Assembly: GCA_001781205.1 (NCBI GenBank)
Contig: MFLE01000014.1
Location: 26,107 to 90,106 of the forward strand
From: Candidatus Kaiserbacteria bacterium RIFCSPHIGHO2_02_FULL_49_34
GTDB lineage: Bacteria; Patescibacteriota; Minisyncoccia; Phycocordibacterales; UBA918
Direction: 5' to 3'
Length of the DNA stretch: 64,000 nucleotides
The translations under genes were made by a program, and so were the position numbers. The notes under the pieces were generated by a model, which was given only the letters and a program-made list of their open reading frames with translations, made no database searches and had not been told where the DNA came from. Positions 20,103 to 30,114 of this stretch are shown here, piece after piece; position 1 is the first letter of the stretch, and each line of letters begins with the position of its first letter.

Positions 20103-20248
20103 GGTAAACCTCTGCACTTCTATGATTGGGAACGAACTTCAGCACTGTACTACCTCGAAACAAAAAGTCAATATCGATTCTATTCTCCGCCATTGTTCGA
20201 ATATAGAAAAAGCCGCATCTGAAGATGCGGCAATTATGCAAGAACTTT

Positions 20249-20911
20249 CTATCCGAGCATAAACAGTACGAGAGAACACGTCATACAAGTGCCATATGCG
20301 GCGCAGCCGAACTCAGTTACCTGAGGAGTATTTCTTCCCAAGATACCAACGGCAGCAGCAGCGACGACCGCAATCGCAGCGCTTACGACAGCACCGACAT
20401 CGCCCCAGGACTCAGGCTCGGGTATACTCAGATACACAAGCTTCAGTGTAACAAGTGCCGCGAGAAACACTAAGGCGGTCGTGCCGTATGGCATCGATTT
20501 TCGAAAGAATACCGCAGCAACCATGAACGCTACCGCCACCATCCAGTACGAGCTAAAATTGTGGCCTACCTCCCACTTTTGTGGCGATGGACCGTTAATG
20601 ACTTGTATGCTAGGGACCGGGTCATTGCTATGGTATGCCATACCAATAGTGGCAACGTCTTCCAAAATATCTGCAAAAAAACCACGAGAAACCCTGCGTG
20701 TTTCTGGGCGTATAAGCACCGTTTTGCCAGGATTTTCGAGCGCGACAGCAAACTCAGGAATCTTCTCAAGGAGCACCTTGTCGACGAGAATGCTTTCGTC
20801 GGGGGTAATCTTCTCCATAGCAACCTCACGCTCTGCACCCACACTCATATCAGCAAGGTATGCGCCACTGAGTATTACAAACGAGAACAAACAAATCAAA
20901 GACCTTTTCAT
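20249..20911 (-). CDS. Hypothetical protein with signal peptide and four C-terminal TM helices (ORFan)
   Basis: Hydrophobicity pattern; AGAGGA SD; TTGACA-17-TACATT promoter at 20967-20995. Confidence 0.65.
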   Translation of the reverse strand: MKRSLICLFSFVILSGAYLADMSVGAEREVAMEKITPDESILVDKVLLEKIPEFAVALENPGKTVLIRPETRRVSRGFFADILEDVATIGMAYHSNDPVPSIQVINGPSPQKWEVGHNFSSYWMVAVAFMVAAVFFRKSMPYGTTALVFLAALVTLKLVYLSIPEPESWGDVGAVVSAAIAVVAAAAVGILGRNTPQVTEFGCAAYGTCMTCSLVLFMLG

Positions 20912-21055
20912 TGTAGTTTCCTCTGACAGGTGGCACCGACATGGTACCGCTTCTCCACACGCACAGAATGTACAATATTAAATATGATATGTCAATTTCA
21001 ACAGTATGCGGATATGTACGTTGTGGAAATCGCACACGGGGTGTATATTCGCAGT

Positions 21056-21556
21056 ATGAAGAACAAGAAACCACACATACCCCATGTAATGAGCCCTATT
21101 GAGAAAATCACCTCATGGGTTGGTTCCTATACCTCACTTGCGGTACATACGACGGTATTTGCATTGTCATTTGTCTCGGTGCTCCTTGGACTTATTGAGC
21201 TTGACCTTATGCTCCTCGTACTCACAACGATTGTCTCGCTCGAAGCAATTTATCTAGCGATCTTCATTCAGATGTCAGTTAACAACCAAGCAACAATCCT
21301 CCATGAAGTTGAGCATGACATCGACGACATCGCCGAGGACATTGATGAGATTCAGGTTGACATTGATGAGATTCAAGAGGATGTCGATGAGATTCAAGAG
21401 GACATTGATGAGATTCAAGAGGATGTCGACGAAATGACGGAGGAAGAGAAAGCGGAAGAAGCACGAGAAACACATCATGCCGTCACGCTCGAAAAGCTCA
21501 CAAATGACCTTCATCGTCTCCTCAAGGACATTGAATCACTCAAACGGGCAAAATAG
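21056..21556 (+). CDS. DUF1003-like membrane protein with acidic heptad coiled coil
   Basis: ITSWVGS..LLVLTTIVSLEAIYLAIFIQMSVN followed by DIDEIQE repeats. Confidence 0.75.
   Translation: MKNKKPHIPHVMSPIEKITSWVGSYTSLAVHTTVFALSFVSVLLGLIELDLMLLVLTTIVSLEAIYLAIFIQMSVNNQATILHEVEHDIDDIAEDIDEIQVDIDEIQEDVDEIQEDIDEIQEDVDEMTEEEKAEEARETHHAVTLEKLTNDLHRLLKDIESLKRAK
21317..21436 (+). repeat. 21-bp coding tandem repeat, about 6 units
   Basis: Units gacattgatgagattcaagag / gatgtcgatgagattcaagag encoding D(I/V)DEIQE. Confidence 0.9.
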
Positions 21557-21603
21557 AAAAATAGAAAACAGTCTCCGCGAAATGGAGACTGTTTTTTAGT
21601 GTC

Positions 21604-22158
21604 TTACTTCTTGCGAACCTGGAGGAAGTCGAGTTCGACGGGGGTTTCGCGGCCGAACATGTCGACCGTGACGGTGATGCGGCTTGCGCGCGGATCCACC
21701 TTTGCAACCTGTCCTTCGAGGTCTTTGAAGGGACCATCGAGAATAACCACGTATTCACCAGGAACCATGTCGCCCGTATGTTTCTTTTCTTCGGTAATAC
21801 GGTTTGCGAGCTGGTTGAATTCGCCTTCGGTGAGCGGCACTGGTGTGGTACCTGCGCCAACGAAGCCTGTTACACGTGGCGTGTTACGCACGGTGTACCA
21901 TGATTCGTCGGTAACGATCATGTTTACGAGCACGTATCCCGGGAACACGGTGTCTGACTTTTCAATACGCTTGCCGTTTTTGATTTCGACGCGTTCTTCT
22001 GAAGGTACGAGTACTTCGAAGATGAGCTCCTTCATGCCAGGAATCGTATCGATACGCTGGCGAAGGTTGCGAGCAACAGCCTGCTCATAGCCGGAGTAGG
22101 TATGTACTACATACCAACGGGCGATGTTGTCACCGTGTTGTTTACGAATTTGAGACAT
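21604..22158 (-). CDS. nusG: Transcription termination/antitermination factor NusG
   Basis: WYVVHTYSGYE, FPGYVLV, VRNTPRVTGFVG, MFGRETPVELDF. Confidence 0.97.
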   Translation of the reverse strand: MSQIRKQHGDNIARWYVVHTYSGYEQAVARNLRQRIDTIPGMKELIFEVLVPSEERVEIKNGKRIEKSDTVFPGYVLVNMIVTDESWYTVRNTPRVTGFVGAGTTPVPLTEGEFNQLANRITEEKKHTGDMVPGEYVVILDGPFKDLEGQVAKVDPRASRITVTVDMFGRETPVELDFLQVRKK

Positions 22159-22163
22159 AGTTT

Positions 22164-22343
22164 TTAACGAGTGAGTGACTTAATAAGTTCAAGCATACCA
22201 AAGTCAACAAATGCCGCAAAAAGAGCAACCACCACCGAGAGCACGACAACGATACCCGTGTAGGTAAGCGCCTCAGTGCGAGACGGCCAGGTAACGTGAT
22301 TCATTTCCTTACGCACATCGGTAAGGTACTTTGAGATATTCAT
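22164..22343 (-). CDS. secE: Preprotein translocase subunit SecE (59 aa; missing from ORF track)
   Basis: Manual translation MNISKYLTDVRKEMNHVTWPSRTEALTYTGIVVVLSVVVALFAAFVDFGMLELIKSLTR; directly upstream of nusG. Confidence 0.95.
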   Translation of the reverse strand: MNISKYLTDVRKEMNHVTWPSRTEALTYTGIVVVLSVVVALFAAFVDFGMLELIKSLTR

Positions 22344-22455
22344 ACAAGAATTATTAACTTAATTAAAAGCCCCGTGGGGCTCTGGATACACCCACGATAC
22401 CACAGGCGCAGGCAAAGTCAAAGCGATGGATGTGCCATAGCCTCGGAAAAGGGGC

Positions 22456-23034
22456 TTATTTGCCAATCATATCTCGGACAACGCTTTCAATTGCTCGTTC
22501 TGCGGCAGCTACTTTACCATCTTCATTGACGATGACAGCGTCTGCTTCATGCTTGAGTGCCATTTCGATGTTGTAGCTTTCTTTGCGGAGAGCGAGCTCA
22601 TTCTCGCTCATGGGCGCGCGTCCGAGAATACGGCGCTTGAGATGTTCCCAATCACCCCCATCAACAAAGATGAGGCGATATTGATCGTGTGATACTGCTG
22701 CTTTAATTTGCTGGTAGCCTTTGTGTTCGATTTCGCGGAAAAGGATGTTGCCGTTTTTGAGCGCATCTTGCACAGCATCAAGCGGAATGCCGTAATAATT
22801 CCCTCCGTACTCTGCGGATTCAATAAACTTTCCTGCATCGCGCATAGTTTCAAACTCCCCACGTGAGACATAGTGATATGTCTTCCCTTCAATTTCTCCT
22901 GGGCGTGGCGCTCGACTCGTATACGAGGTCACAAATGAAAGCTTGTCACCAAACACCTTCTCAATATGCGCCTTGAGCGTGTTCTTCCCCGACCCTGATG
23001 GCCCCATGAGCATTAGCAACATCCCCTTTTTCAT
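22456..23034 (-). CDS. gmk: Guanylate kinase
   Basis: GPSGSGKNT, TSRAPRPGEIEGKTYHYV, EYGGNYYG. Confidence 0.93.
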   Translation of the reverse strand: MKKGMLLMLMGPSGSGKNTLKAHIEKVFGDKLSFVTSYTSRAPRPGEIEGKTYHYVSRGEFETMRDAGKFIESAEYGGNYYGIPLDAVQDALKNGNILFREIEHKGYQQIKAAVSHDQYRLIFVDGGDWEHLKRRILGRAPMSENELALRKESYNIEMALKHEADAVIVNEDGKVAAAERAIESVVRDMIGK

Positions 23035-23104
23035 GTTTGCAGTATACGTGAGAAATATCCGTTGTCTAATTTCTAAAGGAAGTATTACATGGTACCATCA
23101 TGAA

Positions 23105-23758
23105 ATGTCAAAGGAGTGGAAAGAACAACTTTCAGAAGAAATGAAGAAGCCGTACTTTGTGGCGCTTATGGATTTTGTGGATACTGCATACAAAAATGGT
23201 GATGTGTATCCTTTACGTGAAGATTTGTTTGCTGCTTTTGATGCCACATCATTTGATAATGTGCGTGTGGTTATTGTCGGGCAAGATCCGTATCATGGTG
23301 ACGGTGAAGCGCATGGGCTCTGCTTTTCAGTGCGTAATGGCGTGAAGACTCCACCCTCACTGCGGAATATTTTTAAGGAGATTACTGCTGAATATGGAAA
23401 TACACCGCAAAGCACCGACCTTTCAGGCTGGGCAAAGCAAGGCGTATTACTATTGAACGCAACCCTCACCGTTGAAAAGGACTGCGCGGGGAGTCATACC
23501 GGCAGAGGCTGGGAAACATTCACGGACGCTATTCTTCAAAAAATATCTGATAAAAAAGAGAATGTTGTCTTCCTTCTCTGGGGTAACTATGCTCGTAAAA
23601 AAGGCGCGCTTATTGACCACAACAAACACTTGGTCCTAGAATCCGCGCACCCCTCCCCGCTTTCTGCAAGTCGAGGATTCTTCGGCAACAATCATTTCAC
23701 TACAACGAATGAGTATCTGGAGGCCCACAAAAAAAAGCCAATCAATTGGCTTCTCTAG
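23105..23758 (+). CDS. ung: Uracil-DNA glycosylase family 1
   Basis: GQDPYH, PPSLRNIFKE, GVLLLN, HPSPLS; likely start MSKEW at 23105. Confidence 0.96.
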   Translation: MSKEWKEQLSEEMKKPYFVALMDFVDTAYKNGDVYPLREDLFAAFDATSFDNVRVVIVGQDPYHGDGEAHGLCFSVRNGVKTPPSLRNIFKEITAEYGNTPQSTDLSGWAKQGVLLLNATLTVEKDCAGSHTGRGWETFTDAILQKISDKKENVVFLLWGNYARKKGALIDHNKHLVLESAHPSPLSASRGFFGNNHFTTTNEYLEAHKKKPINWLL

Positions 23759-23807
23759 AAAAATGCGCCCCGCAGGTAAGTGACCTGGGGACGCATGTGC
23801 GCATACA

Positions 23808-23969
23808 TTACTTTCTTGCCAAAAAAGCAAGACCGAGTAGACAAAAAACTGCGGTGCTGACCACGCCTTTCCATCCAAAGAATGCAAAGGCGGTGCCGTA
23901 GACAGCGGCAGAGACCACGATAGTGACTGCGAAACCGAGGGCAAGATTTTTCGACGGACGAGTATTCAT
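23808..23969 (-). CDS. Small 53-aa two-TM membrane protein (missing from ORF track)
   Basis: MNTRPSKNLALGFAVTIVVSAAVYGTAFAFFGWKGVVSTAVFCLLGLAFLARK; GGAG SD; TTGACA-17-TACACT at 23999-24027. Confidence 0.7.
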   Translation of the reverse strand: MNTRPSKNLALGFAVTIVVSAAVYGTAFAFFGWKGVVSTAVFCLLGLAFLARK

Positions 23970-24048
23970 CTCTATCTCCAAAGAACGTTAAGAACCAAAG
24001 TGTACATCAAAATATCTATATTGTCAATAGTGTACGCACACCGTACTG

Positions 24049-25179
24049 TTATTCCTGTACTTGTTCAATAATGGGAAGTGTTCCTGTTTCTAGGAAGGTG
24101 AGCATGGCGCCGCCGGCTGTTGAGACGTGAGTGAAAGCGTCCGTTGTGTGTGTAACACCGAGTGCTGCGAGAGTATCACCCCCGCCGACTATAGTGATTG
24201 CGTTCTTGCGGATGGCAATTTTTTCGGCGCAAGCTTTTGTGAAGCGATCGAAGCCAGCTTCGAAGTAACCGAGCGGGCCATTCCAAACTATTTCTGCGGC
24301 TTCGTCGATATGCCGACTGAGCGTTTTGAAACTTTCTTCCCCGATGTCGACAACCATGTCTCCTGATGTAATCTCTGTTGCAAGCACATTGCGGACTTCC
24401 CCGTTTTGGTTTCGTACGAGGACATCAGTTGGTACGACGAGGTTTGGCAGTGCAAGGATTTCAGAATCAATTGCAGCATCAGAGGCAACTGACGTACCAA
24501 TTTCATACCCGCGCGCTTTATACACATCATTCATGAGGGCGCCGCCAATGAAAACATGGGTGTATTTTTGCGCAAGTGTTTTTATAAGCGGCGTTTTTGT
24601 GTCGAATTTTGCACCACCAATAATGGCAAGTGAGGGTGATTTTGGTTCGACGGCAAGCGAGAGGGCGTTGTATTCTTGCATGAATGCTTCACCGAATACG
24701 GTAGGGAGGATTTTTGCAATACCGGTGATTGAAGCGTGTTCGCGGTGCGCGTCAGCAAATGCGTCTACAACAAAGTAGTCACCGAGTGCTGCCATAGTCT
24801 CTGCATACTGCGCATCATTTTGTTCTTCGCGTTCATCATGTCGAACGTTTTCAAGCATGACAACTTCACCGTCTTGAAGCGCATCAATCCCCTGCACTGT
24901 CTCTGAAGCATCGTATGCGGTACCGATAAATGTTACCGGCACGTGTTTCGCAAGTGCTGTAGCCAAGACCTGTAGACTTTCGCCATTACGGCCGAGATGT
25001 CCGAGTAAAATAATTTTTGCTCCTCGCTCCTGCAGCACTTTGATGGTGGGAAGGTTTGCACGAAGGCGTGTTTCGTCAGAAACACGCCCGTCAATAAGTG
25101 GAACGTTCAGCGATGCGCGCACGAGCACCTTTTTGCCACGTACATCAGGCAGCGAAGAAATGTTAGGGAGAGTTTTCAT
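24049..25179 (-). CDS. pgk: Phosphoglycerate kinase
   Basis: GHLGR, AHREHAS, WNGPLG, GGGDT, HVSTAGGAML; likely start MKTLP at 25179. Confidence 0.95.
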   Translation of the reverse strand: MKTLPNISSLPDVRGKKVLVRASLNVPLIDGRVSDETRLRANLPTIKVLQERGAKIILLGHLGRNGESLQVLATALAKHVPVTFIGTAYDASETVQGIDALQDGEVVMLENVRHDEREEQNDAQYAETMAALGDYFVVDAFADAHREHASITGIAKILPTVFGEAFMQEYNALSLAVEPKSPSLAIIGGAKFDTKTPLIKTLAQKYTHVFIGGALMNDVYKARGYEIGTSVASDAAIDSEILALPNLVVPTDVLVRNQNGEVRNVLATEITSGDMVVDIGEESFKTLSRHIDEAAEIVWNGPLGYFEAGFDRFTKACAEKIAIRKNAITIVGGGDTLAALGVTHTTDAFTHVSTAGGAMLTFLETGTLPIIEQVQE

Positions 25180-25180
25180 A

Positions 25181-25957
25181 CTATGCAGTACACACCTTAA
25201 TAATTGCAGCGAATGTTGCTGGACTGAGTGACGCGCCGCCGACAAGGAACCCATCAATCATGCCGTTTTGCATGAAATCCGTAGCATTTTCATCGGTCAC
25301 CGACCCCCCGTAGAGTACGCGAACCTTGTTTGCAACTGAATCACCGTACTTTCCGTGCAGGTATTTTTTTATTGAAAGACGCATGGTCGAAACATCCTCC
25401 GCAGTTGGTGTAAGCCCCGTACCGATTGCCCACACTGGCTCATACGCGACAACAACGCGCGCAGCAGCGGTTGGTCCAAGCTCCGCAAATACCGCCTCAA
25501 GCTGCTCCGTCACGAGGTGATAATAGTCACCGTCAGTATCGCGCACTTTTTCACCAACACATACAATCGGTGTCATTTTCGCCGCGAGCACACCAGAAGC
25601 TCGTGCCCCAACCTGTGCATTATCTTCCCCGAGAGTGCGGCGCTCCGAATGCCCCACAATCACAAAGGCTCCGCGACGCTCTGCAATCATTCCTGCAGAT
25701 ACCTCACCTGTTTGCGCCCCTACGGCACCCGCTGCTGCATTTTGCGCACCAAGCATAATCGGCTTACCTTTGGTGATTTTACCAATCTCATCAAAATACA
25801 GCGTCGGCACAGCGATACCGACATCACACGCTTCTGTGCCCCGGGCACGAAGCGCCTTAGCGACCACTTCCTTGCCAAGCTTCTTTGCTGCCTCGAGGGT
25901 TGCTGGATGCATCTTCCAGTTTCCAATCACCAAGGGAATTCTTTTTACTTTTGCCAT
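25181..25957 (-). CDS. tpiA: Triosephosphate isomerase
   Basis: GNWKM, GHSERR, AYEPVWAIGTG, YGGSV, LVGGASL. Confidence 0.97.
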   Translation of the reverse strand: MAKVKRIPLVIGNWKMHPATLEAAKKLGKEVVAKALRARGTEACDVGIAVPTLYFDEIGKITKGKPIMLGAQNAAAGAVGAQTGEVSAGMIAERRGAFVIVGHSERRTLGEDNAQVGARASGVLAAKMTPIVCVGEKVRDTDGDYYHLVTEQLEAVFAELGPTAAARVVVAYEPVWAIGTGLTPTAEDVSTMRLSIKKYLHGKYGDSVANKVRVLYGGSVTDENATDFMQNGMIDGFLVGGASLSPATFAAIIKVCTA

Positions 25958-26049
25958 ATGCACATGAGTATATCATGAAGTAGCGCAGCCTCCACGCAAA
26001 AGAAAAGCCGCACCATGTGCGGCTTTTTCGCAGATATGCTCTGCAACCA

Positions 26050-26310
26050 TTAGAAGTAGGTTTCGCCTTTGTTTTTCACATCCACCCACGTGGGGACAAG
26101 TTTGGCGCTGCGTAATGGCTTCATTGCTGCCGCAAGCGTTGGCCCCTCCGATGAGCGAAGCAGTTCACGCTTGCCGCCTTCGTGTACCTGGTACACAAAC
26201 ACACGCTTCCCCGTACTCTGTTGACGTCCTGAGCCAACCGCACCATTGCCGTGTTTCCGGTACGGCTTTACCACAACAACCCTTCCAAGCGACTCTCTTT
26301 GCGTACCCAT
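26050..26310 (-). CDS. Small basic hypothetical protein (ORFan)
   Basis: AAGGGG SD before ATG 26310; TTGACA-16-TAGAGT at 26373-26400; terminator-like hairpin downstream. Confidence 0.55.
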   Translation of the reverse strand: MGTQRESLGRVVVVKPYRKHGNGAVGSGRQQSTGKRVFVYQVHEGGKRELLRSSEGPTLAAAMKPLRSAKLVPTWVDVKNKGETYF

Positions 26311-26416
26311 AGCATACCCCTTTTCAATGCATAACGAATTATACAAGACCAAACTCTGGAACTGTCCCTGTCACTCTAGCAAAATTCACCCCACTGTCAA
26401 ATGCTCTGCGGCGCAG

Positions 26417-27070
26417 CTATCGCACGCCATCCCATTCATCATAAAACTGCGCAAGAAACTTCTTCATGACATCATTTCTTTTTGTGGCGATTTTCTTCGC
26501 AGTTTTGGTATTCATCAAATCTTTGAGGAGAAGTAGCTTGTCCTCAAAGTGTTGACACGTAGCACTACCCGCATTTCTATAGCTCTTTGTCGATGTAATC
26601 TTCGGCGCCTTTCTCGTTGGATCATGCATTGCTCTTCCTGCACTACCGCCATACGTAAACGCTCGTGCGATGCCGATGGCGCCGATAGCATCCAATCTAT
26701 CTGCATCCTGCACCACATAATATTCCTTCGATGCGTGCTCTTTCTTTGTATTGAGCGTCTTACTGTACGACATATGTTCAATAATAAACATCACACTGCC
26801 TATCACTTCATCAGGAACTTTCTGAGACTTCAGAAAGTTCCTCGCAATCGAATAATCATCCTCGTCTTGTTTAATGACCTTGCGATCCCCAACATCATGC
26901 AGCAATGCCGCAAGCTCAATGATAAACGCATCCGCCTGTTCTGTCGCATTTATAAGACGCGCATTCTTCCGCACCCGTTCAATATGCCAGAAGTCATGCC
27001 CTGTTCCTTCATGGAGCAAGGCCTTCTTCACAAACATCTCAGTCTTCTTTAAGATTCTTTCTTTCTGCAT
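26417..27070 (-). CDS. HD-domain phosphohydrolase (YpgQ/YedJ-like)
   Basis: GHDFWHIERV, ALLHDVGD, VQDADRLDAIGAIGIARAF. Confidence 0.88.
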   Translation of the reverse strand: MQKERILKKTEMFVKKALLHEGTGHDFWHIERVRKNARLINATEQADAFIIELAALLHDVGDRKVIKQDEDDYSIARNFLKSQKVPDEVIGSVMFIIEHMSYSKTLNTKKEHASKEYYVVQDADRLDAIGAIGIARAFTYGGSAGRAMHDPTRKAPKITSTKSYRNAGSATCQHFEDKLLLLKDLMNTKTAKKIATKRNDVMKKFLAQFYDEWDGVR

Positions 27071-27143
27071 AGTGAAACTATACCACCGTCCACAAAAAAT
27101 CCCTCACTGAGGGATTTTAAGAAAATATTAAATACGTATATCT

Positions 27144-29090
27144 TTATGCTTTCGTCGGATCTGCAATTTCTTCTTTCGGGTAGGCGTTTTTGATTTCTAC
27201 GCCTTCTTTTTTGAGGATTGCTTCGTAGTCGTCGCGTTCGAGGGTTTCTACTTCGAGGAGACGTTTTGCTACTGCGTCGAGGGCTTTGCGGTGCTCTATG
27301 AGCGCCGCTCGGGCACGGTCTTCGGCTTCGCGCATAATACGTGAGACTTCTTCGTCGATTTCGCGTGCTTTCTCAGTTGAGTAGCCACGGTCTTCGGAGA
27401 GTCCACCGCCGATAAGGCGTCCGCCTGTTCCTTCAAGGGCTACAGGGCCAAACTTTTCGGACATACCGAAGCGAACCACCATATCGCGTGCGAGGTTGGT
27501 TGCAACCTGCAAGTCATTTGACGGGCCTGTCGTGAGGTCGTCGAAAATCATGAGCTCAGCAACATAGCCACCGAGTGACATCGCAATGTCATCAAGGAAT
27601 TCCTTGCGCGACTGCATCTTGCGGTCAGTGTCGGGGAGCTTCAAAGTGTAGCCTGCTGCACGTCCACGAGAAATGATGGAAATCTTCTGCACGGGGTCAG
27701 CATATGGAAGTACTGATGCAACGAGTGCGTGCCCTGCTTCGTGGTACGCAGTGATTTCTCGCTCTTCTTTCGTAAGCAAATGACTCTTGCGTTCAGGACC
27801 GAGCATGACTTTTTCAATCGAGCGAATAGCGTCGAACTGTGCAACTTCTTTGCGTCCTTCGCGTGCGGCAAGGATTGCTGCTTCGTTCATAAGTGACGCA
27901 AGGTCAGCACCTGAGAATCCTGGCGTACGCTGCGCAACAATTTCAAGGTTCACATCAGCCGTGAGCGGCTTCTTGCGTGCATGGATTTTAAGGATTTCAA
28001 GACGGTCGTCGCGGTCAGGAAGGTCGATCGTCACACGACGGTCGAAGCGTCCTGGACGCATGAGCGCCGTATCAATAACGTCAGGACGGTTGGTTGCGGC
28101 GATAACAATGAGTTTTTCTGTTGGTTCAAAGCCGTCCATTTCGGTAAGGATTTGGTTGAGAGTTTGCTCACGCTCGTCGTTGCCACCACCCATACCACTG
28201 CCGCGTGAGCGACCAACGGCGTCAATTTCATCGATAAAGATAATCGCAGGCGACATCTTCTTAGCGGTCTGGAAGAGGTCACGTACGCGTGATGCACCAA
28301 CACCCACAAACATCTCAACGAATTCAGAACCAGAAATTGAGAAGAACGGCACATTTGCCTCGCCAGCGATTGCGCGCGCAAGGAGTGTCTTTCCGGTACC
28401 TGGTGACCCCATCATCATGACACCCTTTGGTACTGCTGCACCGATATCGGTAAATTTCTTTGGATTCTTGAGGAAGTCAACGATTTCCTCAAGTTCGATT
28501 TTTGCTTCTTTGGCACCCGCAACGTCCTTGAACGTTACTTTCTGCTGTTCATCATCGGGATGAATCATGCGTGCTTTTGATGAGCCGAAACTGAGTGCCT
28601 GCGTACCCATTCCCCGCATTGAGCGTGAGAAGAAGAATACGATAAAGCCAAGGAGGAGGAATGGGAACAAGAATGGCGAGAATACACCGAGCCAATACGC
28701 AAAGCCTGTCTCTTCTTTGACCTCAAGGGCAATTGCACGGAGCTCTTCGGATGTTACGCCAAGATTAACGAGGGTTTCGGTAATCGGCGTTGCGTAGCCT
28801 TCCTTCTTTGCAATACCTATGAGACGTTTTTCGTCTTTGTGATACACCTCAACCTTATCTCCGCGCACGATAAGCCCCTTAACATCACCGGCATGAATTG
28901 CTTCGGCAACTTTTGTTAAGGTTGTTTCTTCGGTTTCTTTTTTATCGGTATTGTATCCGTACAAAAGAGTAAACATCATCAGCGAAAGTACGCCGACAGT
29001 GAGAATATTCCAAAGACTTTGCTCTCGCTGCTTCTTCTTTTTTGCTGGCGACATCTTCTTATTTGATGTGCCCTTTTTTTCTGTTGCCAT
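27144..29090 (-). CDS. ftsH: ATP-dependent zinc metalloprotease FtsH
   Basis: Two TMs, [17 protein letters not shown], second region of homology, HEAGH; likely start MATEKK at 29090. Confidence 0.97.
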   Translation of the reverse strand: MATEKKGTSNKKMSPAKKKKQREQSLWNILTVGVLSLMMFTLLYGYNTDKKETEETTLTKVAEAIHAGDVKGLIVRGDKVEVYHKDEKRLIGIAKKEGYATPITETLVNLGVTSEELRAIALEVKEETGFAYWLGVFSPFLFPFLLLGFIVFFFSRSMRGMGTQALSFGSSKARMIHPDDEQQKVTFKDVAGAKEAKIELEEIVDFLKNPKKFTDIGAAVPKGVMMMGSPGTGKTLLARAIAGEANVPFFSISGSEFVEMFVGVGASRVRDLFQTAKKMSPAIIFIDEIDAVGRSRGSGMGGGNDEREQTLNQILTEMDGFEPTEKLIVIAATNRPDVIDTALMRPGRFDRRVTIDLPDRDDRLEILKIHARKKPLTADVNLEIVAQRTPGFSGADLASLMNEAAILAAREGRKEVAQFDAIRSIEKVMLGPERKSHLLTKEEREITAYHEAGHALVASVLPYADPVQKISIISRGRAAGYTLKLPDTDRKMQSRKEFLDDIAMSLGGYVAELMIFDDLTTGPSNDLQVATNLARDMVVRFGMSEKFGPVALEGTGGRLIGGGLSEDRGYSTEKAREIDEEVSRIMREAEDRARAALIEHRKALDAVAKRLLEVETLERDDYEAILKKEGVEIKNAYPKEEIADPTKA

Positions 29091-29162
29091 AGTATGTGCA
29101 GTATACGAAAACAAGGGCGAATGTCCATAGCCAAGGGTGCAGACGTATGCTATATATAGTGC

Positions 29163-29600
29163 ATGTCTACTCTCGTAACCAGTCCGCGTGCGCGGTATGA
29201 TTTTGAGATTCTTGAAACGCTCACCGCGGGGGTTTCTTTGTTGGGTACGGAAGTTGCATCGCTCAAGAAAAACCAAGGAAAGCTCATTGGTTCGTATGTG
29301 AAGCTTATCAAAGGCGTACCAATGCTACTTGGTGCATATATTCCGCCATTCCAGGTTGCGAACGCACCAAAAGACTACTCCCCCACTCGCGACCGAGCGC
29401 TACTTCTCAATAAAAAAGAAATCGCGAAGCTCGAACGCGAACTCCACGAAAAAAACCTCACTCTCATCCCGCTCCGCTTCTTCCGCGGCGGCCCCCACAT
29501 CAAACTAGAAATCGCCCTTGCAAAAGGCAAAAAGAAATTCGACAAACGCGAAACCATCAAAAAGCGCGACATCTCCCGTGATATTGCTCGTAAAATTTAG
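29163..29600 (+). CDS. smpB: SsrA-binding protein
   Basis: ARYDFEILETLTAGVSLLGTEV, LLLNKKEI, GKKKFDKRETIKKRD. Confidence 0.95.
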   Translation: MSTLVTSPRARYDFEILETLTAGVSLLGTEVASLKKNQGKLIGSYVKLIKGVPMLLGAYIPPFQVANAPKDYSPTRDRALLLNKKEIAKLERELHEKNLTLIPLRFFRGGPHIKLEIALAKGKKKFDKRETIKKRDISRDIARKI

Positions 29601-29695
29601 ATGGCTCGCGCCTCCTATTACAACCATCTTCCAAAAATAAATAAGCGTCAGAACAGTATGTCGTTCTGACGCTTTACTTTTACTTGCAGGGAGTA

Positions 29696-30025
29696 TCATT
29701 GCGATAGTACCCTCCTTACCTGGGGAAACATGATAAGGTATGTGTGAAGCATCCCAAGATGCCACCACATCTGTCCTGCGAACATCTTTCCCGGCAACGT
29801 ATCTTGCCCGAACATATCGAGGATATCTCCGTACATATAGTCGAGCCATGGCAGAAGTGTGAGTAGGATACGGAAATCCTCTCCGTAGTGCTCTCCTTCA
29901 TCAGAAACATATTCAAGAAAAAACTGTGTGAATTCACTTTCCGTCGGCTCCCTGCCATGTATCACCATGAAAGAAACCTTGGCCACATCAGCCTGCGCAA
30001 TATTCCTCCTTAAAAAACTATCCAT
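29696..30025 (-). CDS. Hypothetical protein (ORFan)
   Basis: AAAGGAG SD before ATG; no recognisable motif. Confidence 0.5.
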   Translation of the reverse strand: MDSFLRRNIAQADVAKVSFMVIHGREPTESEFTQFFLEYVSDEGEHYGEDFRILLTLLPWLDYMYGDILDMFGQDTLPGKMFAGQMWWHLGMLHTYLIMFPQVRRVLSQ

Positions 30026-30114
30026 CTCTTGTCTCCTTTCGTTATACTAGGTTACTCGAGGGTCAAAAAATCTTACACCTTTGCCGTACAATACACAACT
30101 ATACACAGCGACAA

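Noticed and set aside
21317-21436. 21-bp repeats as a CRISPR or iteron array
   Set aside because: Head-to-tail with no spacers, and inside an ORF encoding a heptad repeat.
27787-28563. Long antisense or alternate-frame ORFs (also 3135-3821, 17750-18490, 58221-58832 and others)
   Set aside because: Shadows of well-supported genes, with no motifs or expression signals.
29091-29276. Long ftsH N-terminal extension overlapping smpB, and similar extensions of pgk, ung, xfp, pheT and znuA
   Set aside because: Artefacts of longest-ORF calling; -10 elements and family homology support the downstream ATGs.
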